Positions 37,990-49,400 of a stretch of 64,000 nucleotides of DNA are shown piece after piece (within the stretch, counting starts at the first letter, position 1; each line of letters opens with the position of its first letter). Source of the DNA: Octopus sinensis (Eukaryota); assembly GCF_006345805.1 (NCBI RefSeq), contig NC_042998.1, positions 107,818,001-107,882,000 on the forward strand, given 5' to 3'. The translations under genes and the position numbers were made by a program. The notes beneath the pieces are model-generated. The model made no database searches and was not told the DNA's origin. It was given only the letters and a program-made list of their open reading frames with translations.

Positions 37990-38205
37990 TATGAGTGGGT
38001 GCTGAAAAATTCCTGACTTTAAGGGTATTGCAAAAAGCTTAGTGAGAGGCCCAAACTTCCAAATTCTTTTACAAGGCTTAGAAAAACTGAAGGACTGTTA
38101 CAATAAGTATGTGAATCTGAGAGGGGAATATGTTGAATAAAACCACAATTAACTGATCCTCCTGTATTTTCTTTTACCCAAAGGCAGGAACTTTTCAGTC
38201 CTGTT
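37990..38205 (+). mobile_element. Short mariner-derived MITE-like remnant
   Basis: gctgaaaaattcctgacttt ... aaaggcaggaacttttcag inverted ends enclose the mariner C-terminus GLEKLKDCYNKYVNLRGEYVE*. Confidence 0.65.
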
Positions 38206-39071
38206 ATAGATATGGAGCCACTGAAAAGAATTAGTGATTATAAGGCCTACTTTGATGGTGCACCCGTTTGATTTTATTCCATGATAGCAATAATTGTAAT
38301 AAACTAAAAGATCAACCAACTGTAATTACTACAAACCAATGAGAGAGTCTATATGCTTTTTGAAATATCAGCTAAATCTCCTACAACTCATATGGTACTG
38401 TCTTTAAAAAAAGGAGGGCTTACTAGATATGGTAGCCTGTGATGAAAAGACAGAATGGTGATGTGCACAATGCTTTTGGTCATTAGTCTGCTCAATCAGA
38501 GTTGACCCGAGGTGAAACAGTAGTCACCAAAGATTCATTTTTCTGTTGAGTTTGATATATTTACCAGACTAAAGTAATGTTTCATTCATAAATCAATCTT
38601 TAAACTACTCCTTCCCACATACATACACATACAATCTGGCTGCAGAAAATTAATTTTATATTTACCCTCTACATACATGAGAGATTTATGGTGGTTTTGA
38701 AAACTAACTGAAAACAAGCTAGAAACAGATGTTATACTTCAACAAATACGTTTAATTACATCAAGTGGAATAAACATGAAACATATCATGTATAATTTGT
38801 TTTAGTATTTGAATTGTAAATCAGGAAACCTATGAATTTAAATACTAGAAAGTAGTATACTAGAGGGTAGAAGATTCAGTGTGTATTTCGTTCAACAAAT
38901 GAAATATACAATAGTAGTAGTAAAAGGAAAATAAAGGAAGCTTCTAACAATGGAGAAATATACAATGTTTGAGATGAATCATGGATAATTAATTCTAGCT
39001 GGGTCTCAAATCTCTCCACAAAGAACCCCAACAATCTGCAATACCTTTTGCATCATGACAGACTGCACCCT

Positions 39072-40350
39072 TATACAGGGTGGGGGGAGGAGAGGACGGA
39101 CATTTTTGAAAAATTCATAAAATCATTAATTTTAGCTGCGAACAAATTTTATTGACATAAATGAGTTCGTATGAAATTAGCATTTGCCAAAATCAAGTGT
39201 GGAAAATGACATCCATCATGTGATGTCAATTTTCATCAATGCATTTCTGAAGGTGTTCTTGGAAGTTGGTCTCCACTCTCTCCAGCATTGCTGTCAACCT
39301 AGGTGACTTCCATGTGAATAACTTCCTTCAAATTGTCCAATGTATGGGGCTTATGTGCATACACACATGCCTTGAAGTTTCCCCACAAGAAATAATCACA
39401 CACGGACAAATCAAGGGACTGAGGGGGCCAAGGAATGTCAGCAAACCTGGAAATGAGGCAGTCACTGAAGAGAGGGTGAAGAACGTCCATTGATGCTCTG
39501 GCTGTGTGGGCTGTTGCCCCATCCTGCTGAAACCACACACATAGAATATGCATACGTTTTCATCATAATTCAGTAACAGCATTTCCATTACTGTCTTCAA
39601 AAAAGTAAGGACCAATGGGGGCAGCTTTTCCAACAGCACACCAGACCATAACTTTTGGGCTGCACAGTGGTCTTTTGTGCAGTTCTCTCAGAGTTTCAAG
39701 AGCCCAATAATGACAGTTCTGTTGATTCACCATGCCATTGAGATGAAAATGAGCTTCCTCACTCATTAGCAAAATGAGCTTCATTACTCATTAACATAAT
39801 GAGCTTGTCATTTGCTTCAAAAATTGCTTCCAGCTGATGCGCAAAGTTAAGCTGCTGTGCATAGTCCCATGGTTTCAACTATTGCCCAATGACCAATTTG
39901 TACATGTGGCAATGTTGATCTTCATGCAAAATATGCCTTACTGATTGATTACTGATGTCAAGTTCAGTAAAATGCCTCCAAGCAGTGCGATTTGGACTCT
40001 GTATCAAAGCTTGTCTGACACATTCCGCATTTTCTGGGGTCTGTACCATTTGTGGTGCCCCCAATTAGTGTATCTCATGTACAAAGTGCATTCACCCAAC
40101 ATAAGATTGTGTTTTTGGGTGGGAACAACCTGACTTCGGTAAATATTGAAGTGGTGCTGAAACTCATGGCAAACTGCTGTGACAGACTTGTTATTCTTCA
40201 CGTAACTGTTTCTCATAGTGTCATGGCTTCTTCTGAAAAGACAAAAGAATGCTAAGACACTACGGACCGAATGGTACCTGTCAGACATGTGTTCCTCCTC
40301 CTGGGGTTGAGTAACAGCTATTTCAAGGTCTACCAGCTGTGTTTGTTGTC
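39072..40350 (-). mobile_element. Degenerate Tc1/mariner DD41D (rosa-like) transposon
   Basis: Minus-strand ORF pieces: HTH region, MSEEAHFHLNG, and WFQQDGATAH...SLDLSVCDYFLWG with 41 residues between the 2nd and 3rd catalytic Asp (counted). TIR-like tacagggtggggg at 39072. Confidence 0.85.
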
Positions 40351-41089
40351 TTAGTAAACTCCAACTCTCACAGTTACTGCCAAAGACGAAACCATATCTA
40401 AATATGCAAGTAATTAATTGCAACACTCCATTCTCCCCAAAATCCAGACAAGCACAAAAGTAGTAGCAGTATCAATAATGTGATTAGCTGCAAGCTCTGC
40501 ACAGAGGAACAACAACTGTTGCCATTACACTCTGACAAGGTCTACCTCATCCTCTTCAGCTACTTGCATACATATAAACAATAACCTACTATCTTAAAAA
40601 AAAAAGCCCAAAAAACAAACAGGACAAATGTTAATCTTAACCCTTAAAAAGGCAGGATGGCTATAACTGGGACACCTTTGAATATAGCTCTCCAAATTTT
40701 GTCTAGAATGGAGGAAAAAAAGAATATTTTGCAACATACATAAAATTTATTGATTGAACTTTTTTAAAGTAATTTTATATTTATGAGTTTCCTGATTTAC
40801 AATTCAAATATTAAAACAAATTATACAGCTATTTTTCGTGTATATTCCACTTGATGTAATTAAATGATTTTTCTGAGTATAACATCTGTTTCTTGCTGGT
40901 TTTCAGTCAGTTTTCAAAATCATCATAACTTTCTCACATATATAGATTTTCTGTGCATATACAGGATGTGTCAGTTTTTTGAGGACATCTCATTCAAAAG
41001 CTTTAACTTTCTGTTGACTTATTTTTGCTTTTGCCTTACTTTTGAGATAAATAATGTCAGATATCGGATTAACTCAGCAAATAAAAAGG

Positions 41090-41545
41090 CACTCTGTAAT
41101 CATTGCTTTAAAAGCATAGCACAGTGGTATAGAGAGCTTGCATCCTAAAAGTTTCTTGATCCTTTGTTGTCAAAGTTCAAAAGGAGTTGGAAGCTGCTGA
41201 TGGGGATCCAACATCAGCAGCCAAACAGAAAATGCATGCATAGGGTGCTAATACCACCAGAACACATAACTTTGTAGAAAAAGTTCAAGCAATAATTGCT
41301 AAAAACTCCAGAAAGTCAATCAGAACCATTGCAAAGGATCTCAAGGTTTCAGAATGCACCATCAGAAGAGTTGTGCATGAGAACATCTGGTACAGATCAT
41401 ATGTGATACAAAGGTGTCAGTTTATGTTGGATGTGACAAGAGAGAATCGTTTTATCTGAGCAAAGTGCTTGTTAAACATGTTAACACCAAAAAGTTGGAA
41501 TGCTTTAGTTTTTCTCTGATGAGAAAAAACTTCAATTAGGACCAT
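41090..41545 (+). mobile_element. Tc1/mariner (maT/DD37D-like) transposase N-terminal fragment
   Basis: Conceptual translation VEKVQAIIAKNSRKSIRTIAKDLKVSECTIRRVVHENIWYRSYVI...VFFSDEK gives an HTH plus the first catalytic D. Subfamily assignment is by motif style only. Confidence 0.6.
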
Positions 41546-42814
41546 CAGTGTGTGTATCTGTCATACAAGCAGTATCAGTCATTTCCAAAATTCTATGAAA
41601 ATGTGTCTGACCATGGGAAAATAGGTGAGAGTTGGTAACAGGAAGAGTATCCAGCCATAAGAAATCTGCTTCAATAAACTTTGTCCTACCTATGTGGTCA
41701 ATAAAACAATGATTTTATGTTTACTTTTTCAAGCTTGCAGGGTTTGAACAAGTTATCATGGTCTAAGTCAGTTTTTATACAGACTTACTGCCCTCCTAGG
41801 TGCTATCTAAAATAATACAACTGTGGTAGTTGATTCTATTAAATTTCTAAGAGCAGAAGTTGAGAACAATAGAAAATAAACTTGTATATACTGTAATCAT
41901 GATGACTCTGCTTACAATATACTTCCAAATGCACTATGTTTAGTGCCTGCATTGGTACCAAAGCTCCTTTGAATACATAAAATCTCTACAAAATTATTCT
42001 TCTCTACCCTCACTTTGAAGCCACTCTTGCCACTTCATTTCAACTAAGACAACTGAAAAACTGATTCCTAGAACCATCTTTAACTAGTGTACTCCAAGTT
42101 GGCTTTATCCTGCCTAAATTCTTTTCATCTTTCTCTATTGGTATTTATTTCAATCTATAGAAACATGTGAAAGGCAACACCTATCTACCCATTTCCATCC
42201 CCATGTTTAAAGATCTTAAAAATTCTCTGAGAACAATACAACCTGGTTTGATCCAGCAACATCAGAACACAGCCATCACACACTGATAAGTGTAGTGACT
42301 TGCAAAGGGTATAGGCACTATCTCTCTTTCTTGCATTATCTAATCTAAAAATGGCCACAATTACCCGAAACAAAACACACAACACTTAAGAGAGAGGGGA
42401 GAAAAGGAGGAAGAGACAAAGAAAATGAGAAAATGTGGTAGTGAGGTGGGATCATTTCCACCATACAGAAATGTTTTCGCTCAAATATTTTCTCTTTCTG
42501 TTCCAGATTAACTTGAAATATGTTTCTAGAATGTTAAGTTAGATTGCAGTAAGGAGTAGTGGTAAGTCTAATGTTTAGGGCTCTTTCACTTCTGTGCTGC
42601 ATTGGATTAACTGTTGCTAACTCAGACCCTTGCATTTTCCTTAGATTTCAGATATTATCAAACACTTGAATAAACTTGGCTTCTATTTACTCTCTCTCTG
42701 AAAATATTTACAAAGAGACTTAGAATCTCAAGTTAAGAAACATAAGTGATCAGCATCTTTATCACTTTGAATTATTGTTTTTAATCAATAATCACCAGCA
42801 TCATTTGTGTAAGG

Positions 42815-43229
42815 TAGCAGTTCTCAACTTTTTTTTTTGTAGCACCCAACTTCTAAGTAGTTGTTATGCCTTAGTGCTACCTGAATGGCGAGTGAGGTAT
42901 CATGATTAAACTAACTTTACACGGACAATAATTTATAAATTATACTCTAAAAAAGGATTGTATAAGCTTTTAAGAGTGAAATGATAAACAATTAATAAAA
43001 GCAGAAGTTGTAAATTTACTTTATACCATTGCAAGTTAATGACTTCTCTGTGCCTGATGAGATCTCATTTTATTTTAATGACCATTAATAGTTTTATCAT
43101 GTATAATATAATTACTATGAAAGGTAAAATTTAATTAATTATGTTACTCCACCACCCACCACACTGCTCCCTAAAGCCTAATGCCTGGTGTCCCCTTGGG
43201 GGAGGTACTGCCCATTTTGAGAACCACTG
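42815..43229. mobile_element. hAT (Charlie-like) MITE
   Basis: tagcagttctcaac / tttgagaaccactg TIRs; 8-bp TSD gtgtaagg / gtgtaaag (7/8). Confidence 0.75.
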
Positions 43230-43301
43230 GTGTAAAGATCAACTATAAACAAGCTCTATCAATATGCCAACAAGTCAGGTCCTTGAGAACTTGGGTGAGA
43301 G

Positions 43302-43443
43302 CACCAGCGTAGCTAGGGGTGATAGGGGTGGCACTTTTCATCCTGTTGTAGGCTATTGTTGTAGACAATGTGCTTTTTGTGGGGTCCAGAGGTGGCAAAC
43401 AGAAGGGCCGCTTTGGGCGACACACACTCAAGCTACGCTTATA
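43302..43443. mobile_element. ~140-bp hAT-type MITE
   Basis: agcgtagct / agctacgct inverted ends; perfect 8-bp TSD ggtgagag (43294-43301, 43444-43451); internally similar to 45841-45994. Confidence 0.8.
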
Positions 43444-43743
43444 GGTGAGAGCAAAGTTGTTTGCTTTTGACATTAGCAAAGCCTTTAATCAACCCTACAT
43501 TGATTTAACAGCAAAGATGCCTCCCTATGAATTTTACTTATCATTAATCACTAAGACTAGCAGCTTCTAGGGAGCCTTTATAGGTTGTTCAACCTACTAG
43601 AAATAGCATTAAGTGATTTGTCTGCAGAAAAGACGCCGTACTGGCAAGATAATTAAATGTTTAGAGACATCCAAATTAAGAAGCAGAGGATCAAGGAGAG
43701 CCCCATCAAGAAACACTTCAATTTCATCAGTATTTTTGTTATT

Positions 43744-43974
43744 TATTTCTTTACTACCCACAAGGGGCTAAACACAGAGAGGACAAACAAGGACAGACAA
43801 ACGGATTAAGTCGATTATATCGACCCCAGTATGTAACTGGTACTTATTTAATCGACCCCGAAAGGATGAAAGGCAAAGTCGACCTCGGCGGAATTTGAAC
43901 TCAGAACGTAGCGGCAGACAAAATACGTTTATGCATTTCGCCCGGCGTGCTAACGTTTCTGCCAGCTCGCCGCC
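43744..43974 (-). mobile_element. Young tRNA-headed SINE (family A) with 11-bp TSD
   Basis: Reverse complement of the 57946 copy; TSD tttttgttatt at 43733-43743 and 43975-43985. Confidence 0.9.
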
Positions 43975-44199
43975 TTTTTGTTATTGTTTAGCAACAGATT
44001 AGCAATGATCAAATAAATTTATGATCAAAAGCATTACCTCTTTATTTTATAGACAGGATATGTTTAAGACTATCATCTAAGACTGTATGTGGAAAGAACT
44101 CAGGAAGATATGGGTCGAAGTGGTGAGGAAGGATCTTTGGATACCGGGCTTCACTGAAGATATCACAAGGGACCAGGAGTTGTGATGATTTGCTGTACC

Positions 44200-44450
44200 T
44201 GAGAAGACACACCAAGTGAAGTTAAACCGCTATCATCCATACATATAGGCTTATCCTTTACAGGTGCTGGTGACACATACAAAGCACCCAGCACACTCTG
44301 TAAAGTGGTTGGCATTAGGAAGGGCATCCAGCCATGGAAACCATGCCACAATAGATAATTGGAGCCTGGACAGCTCCCTGGCTGGTCAACTCCATGTCAA
44401 ACCATCTAACCCACACCTGCATGGAAAGTGGACTTTAAATGATGATGATG
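44200..44450 (+). mobile_element. RTE-tail element (family C), older
   Basis: aaagcacccagcacactctgtaaagtggttggcattaggaagggcatccagc...aaatgatgatgatg. Confidence 0.75.
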
Positions 44451-45840
44451 TATTATCTGATGTGTCCTGTTTCTTTTTTTCTAAATGCTATTTCCAGCAG
44501 ATCAAGTGGTGGTTTGACCTGCAGGATATAGCAGCCAACTCTCCCTCAAACCTCATCATTTTTAACAAACACAGACATATTGATCAATGTCTAAATACAT
44601 CTATCACCTTGGCAATTACAGCTGGTTGTTATGGTAGGGCTTCACAAACCCTTAAGATTTTTCATAGGAACTCCATATTTACAACATTGCTGAAACTAAA
44701 TCTCAGAGAAATGACTTCTCATCAAAGCTAGAAAATACTTCAGCTTTAAACACTTACTAGCCTTCTCCCCTATTATTCAAATAGATCTAAGATGATGCTT
44801 TAACACCACCACTTGGTTCTTCAATGCTTTTTGCAGAGTTCATTCTGTTGCAAGCATTGGGACTGGTCAACATTTCCCTTCTTGCCATGTTTTTCTGCTG
44901 ATACTGACTGGTAAATCATTTGTCATTGATAAAGATTATTCACTTTTTCCAGTCCTGTACCATGCTCTCTTGTTCATTCAGTGTGTACTCAGCCTCTGAC
45001 ATCTGCCAGTAGATTCCTATGCCAATAAAGTTTTAGTAAACATCTCCATTTTATTTGGGATTCCATACAAGGCTCTGATAGTGCTTATTATTGGTGTGTA
45101 TAGTGTGTACCTAGTCTGTCCTCACCTTTTTTGTATCTTGTTCAGCAAGCAGATGGTCCATGGGTCCTTAACTAAGGATCCATAATGCTGTTCTTATCTG
45201 GCCAGCAGATGAGGAAGATACTTCTTAGGGTTCTGCCTCATAAAATATCTCTACCTACACAAATCAGACTTCATAACAATCATGTATTTCACATTAAGAT
45301 TTAATCTAAAAGACTAAGGTTTTCACTGTATAGTTCCTATCACTCAGTACATATATAGGCTACAATAGAATACTGCTCATATATTCACAAGCAGGATGAC
45401 ACAATTCACATGATCATTTTCTTTTGTACCCTAAAAAATTACTCTCTAATCAGTACACTTTCTCAAATTACTACCAATGAAGGAAAATCTACTTGGTTAC
45501 ATAATCTGCAAGAAACAGCAGATAATTTCTCAACAATGATATCCTATCATCAAAGGGAAAGGACACATTAGTGATATAGTTTTAGCTAAACAAAAAGATG
45601 AGATAGTTATGGCTAGAATGCCTTTATTCATAAGCCTCCTCAATAAATAATGACTGAGAGTTAAACGATAACTATCCTAAAATCAATCTGCCTAGTTTGT
45701 GGTACTGCTTTCTGTTCTAGTGTATAACCCATTCAAATCAACTTGTGACACCCATCTAATTCTCTCTGTAGTATCTTTACCAAAACTTCATATAAAATAT
45801 TTTATACAAGTTGAATGTTACAGTGACTTGAGACTAGAAA

Positions 45841-45994
45841 CACTAGTGTAGCTGGTGAGGGGACAGAGGGGGTGGTCCACCCCAGGTGGCACTGCTTTTG
45901 GGTCTGCTGTAGTCAACATGTATTTTTTGTGGGAACCCAGGGGCAGAAAACTGAAGGGCCACCACAGGTGGCATGCATTCTAGCTCTGCTAGTG
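45841..45994. mobile_element. ~150-bp hAT-type MITE, same family as 43302-43443
   Basis: cactagtgtagct / agctctgctagtg termini; perfect 8-bp TSD actagaaa (45833-45840, 45995-46002). Confidence 0.8.
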
Positions 45995-46499
45995 ACTAGA
46001 AAAAGGCCTAACTGTCTTTACATGTCAGTCACACCAGTTGTTGCTGACCCCCCCAAAAAATTGAAAATGTTAAAGATGCAAACCTTTTTCCAATTTACTA
46101 ATTCCACCACCATCAAAGATCTTTGTACTTTCACATACTCTACTATGATGTTTTATTTGTGGTTTAATTGCATAAAGATAGAACAGAAAGAGTCAAAGTT
46201 GGTTCATGAAATATATAACTTCTTTCCTCTGGACAAAATAAATTTTTGAGACTTATTTTAAGAAAAGAATATAGCTTCATTAACGCCCGTATATATGTAG
46301 GAATCAGATAAAGAATAATGTGAAAGCCTTTCGCTTATACTGACAAAGGAAAACGATCACATTTTTAGTAAATAAGTTCATAGTAAGTAATTAAAGTGGT
46401 TGACATCTAGAAAGCATGTGATTTCCTTTTATGCATTTTATTCTATTTATATAAATGGTTGTGGTGGGGAGAGGTCACTTTGTAAAGAAACCAGTTTTA

Positions 46500-49400
46500 C
46501 ATTCGATATATAACTTTAGGCAGAGGTCAGGAATAAGCTGCCCACATAATTTAGATTTTATTTGCTTTGCCGAGGATTTTTCAAACTTTTTTTTTCACTG
46601 CGCTCTTCAAAAAAAATAATTTGAAAATATATATGAATCTTTTTACCCTTCCCCCTTCTGCCTCTCCCCAGGGCCCTTTTTCAAATTTATTTTGCACTAC
46701 ACACTTAAAAATGATGGGAGAAGCCTTAAAAAAAAAAAACTGTTGGAACCCATGAAAATCCATTATTTCAGAAGTCCCCGACCCCCATAAAAAGCTTACC
46801 CTATGATTTTGAGGCGGACGTAAAGAATGTGGACCTTTGGGTTTTTTTTAAAATTTTTCTTACAGAATCCCCCATTTTCGAGTACAGCGATTCTATTCTT
46901 TGAAAAATCGGCATTTAAAATTTTTTATTTCTTCCCCACCAATTCTTCAATTTTCTCTGTATTTTTCTACGTATTTCGCAAAAAAAAAAAGAAATTCTGT
47001 AAAAAGTGAAAATTGAAGAATTTGGGGGCGGGTGGGGGGACATTAAAATTTTAAAAGGCGTTTTTCTTTGTAGAATCAAAATCTCCGTATTAAAAAATGG
47101 GGGATTCTGTAAAAAAACAAAACAAAAAAAAACGAAAGGGGTACGGCCACATTTTGAAGTGCGTGGTGAAAAAAATTTGAAAAATCCCCGTGAAAACGGA
47201 AGGCGATTTTTAACTTTTCTAGGAATGTTATCGTAAAGAAGTAATCAGGAAGTAGAGTGGAACCAAGATGTAGTAAACAAAAAAACGTAATAACACAAAA
47301 TATGTTGGCTTGCTTGTGTTGGTTCTGCTGAACCTTGTGGTGTGCAACCGACTGAACCTTGGGTTAATATCTAGATCCGCACCCGGTGGGAATCAATGCT
47401 ATAGGGTTTCCTCCACAATTGAGGCAATATTCGATGTGTACTGCTCTCTCAGTTTGAATTATAAGTATTTAATAGAGCAGTTATAAAAACGATTGACATG
47501 AAAACAAAAAGAGATGTAACTACCTATATGATCAGTACTAGATGTTTGGATGGAGATGATAACAGGGTAGTATGTACTAAACTGGGCCGCAGTAGTACTG
47601 ACATACAAGGGTATGTCTGACACTTCATGGTTCCTGCCAGAGAAGGTAAATACATGTAATTTAATTGGTAACTAACCTAATGAAAAGCTCACAAACTGTT
47701 ACAGGCGGATATAATCCATTATATTGGCTCTAGTATTTGACTAATACTAGTGTATTTTATAAACTTTCAAACTTCAAGTGTAAGTGGATATTACAAAAAA
47801 TCAACTATGGAGTAAACACCGAAGCGATATGAACAACATTCAAATTAATACCACATGGAAATGCTTTGACTACTGCCTCTAACATTGCAAATTAGTCGAT
47901 GCATCTAGTGTGCGGACGAGCGAAAGTATACATTTCAGGATTTTTATGTAATTAAGTGTCTACATTATTACCAGTCTAAATATGAAACTTGAACTTTTGA
48001 CACATTTTTCCAGTTCTTAAAAAAGTACATTTTAACAGCCATGACAATTCCCTGACATCAGCAAAATTTTGAACTCGTGGTTAGTAGGAAAATAACAGTA
48101 AGTGTAAAGAAAGAAATATGTTCATAGAAAATCGAACCGATTCATATTTATTATTTAAAGCAATCTCATCTCATTTGTGCCATTACTAGGAAAAGGTATG
48201 AAAGTTACAACCTCCCCTGCTTCAAATATGGAAAGAATAGTGCCTCATTGGTCGGGTATTGTTAAGTCTACAAGCACGCCGTGTTAGCACTCCAGTTTCA
48301 GTTCCTGGTTTCAAATAGAAGAATCTCGGAGAAAGTCATTAAGACCACGGAATTTCATTTCTATGGATCTGTGGTGACTAAACACCCTGTTTACATTATA
48401 CAATAAAATAACATTTTAATATGCATCCTACGCTGTCGAAGTGCACATGACAACCGCAGGAAATATTTGTTTACAAAGCGACACTTGATATCTGGGCGCA
48501 TTCTACTTATTGACGTTTCCAGTGTCACATGGTAAGAAAATAGATGGATAGACATACAATTTGTAGATACTAGCTACCCCACATCCGAATTAGTCTCCTC
48601 CAGGTTCGGATTTTACCGTAACTGAAGATAAGGCTACTGCGTGATATGGAAGCCCGTTTGAGGGACCGTTCGTGGTCGATCTAATTTGTTCAGAGTGACA
48701 CTCACAACCACCTGGTGCATTGGAGCTTTACCAGGTCTTACTTTGTTCCTGAGTCTCCGGTCCGAGAATAACGTCTTCCCTATCTCCCATCAGTGACCTG
48801 AACGGATTATGGACACTGATCTTTTCCATTTGACTAAACTTCACAAAACAAAAAAAAAAAAAAAAAAAAACCCTGTACATGGTGACATACGTTGCTCAGC
48901 AAAAATAATTCTAAGGTAAGTATTGTACCCAAAGTGCGAATAGCACAACCAGTTAGCAGAGAGAAATCTATTGAGGACTGTAGCAGCAACATTTTAAAAG
49001 TGATGTTAAGAGGAAATAACATTAAAAATATAACTAATAAAAAGTGTATAGGGATGCTTAAAATGTCGTAACCTGAAAAAAAATCCCCCTAAAAAAAATT
49101 ATGTATTCAAGCCAAAAAATCGCAGAAAATAAATTAATAGGTTATTCTGTTGAAAGTAATTTTTATTTGTCTGAATGAAATATTTGATTTATCAGAATTA
49201 TTAGAACATCGGACAAAAAATACCTTGCAGTATTTAGTTACGTCCCTTCTCTTTCCGAGTTCAAAGCCGACTCGTATTTGTATAATGCATTCTAGGTGTG
49301 ATGATGATAACAGAAAACGAAACTTCAATCTTGAATTGAAAATGTTGCATGATGATTTTATACCAGTTAAAAATATACTAAGAACTGGAAAAATGTGTAA

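Noticed and set aside
48529-48921. Plus-strand coding gene (ATG|gtaaga at 48529, acceptor at 48603, AAG|GTAAGT at 48916)
   Set aside because: The spliced frame reads M-V-R-I-L-P-stop. A non-coding antisense transcript cannot be excluded, but nothing beyond splice-like motifs supports it.
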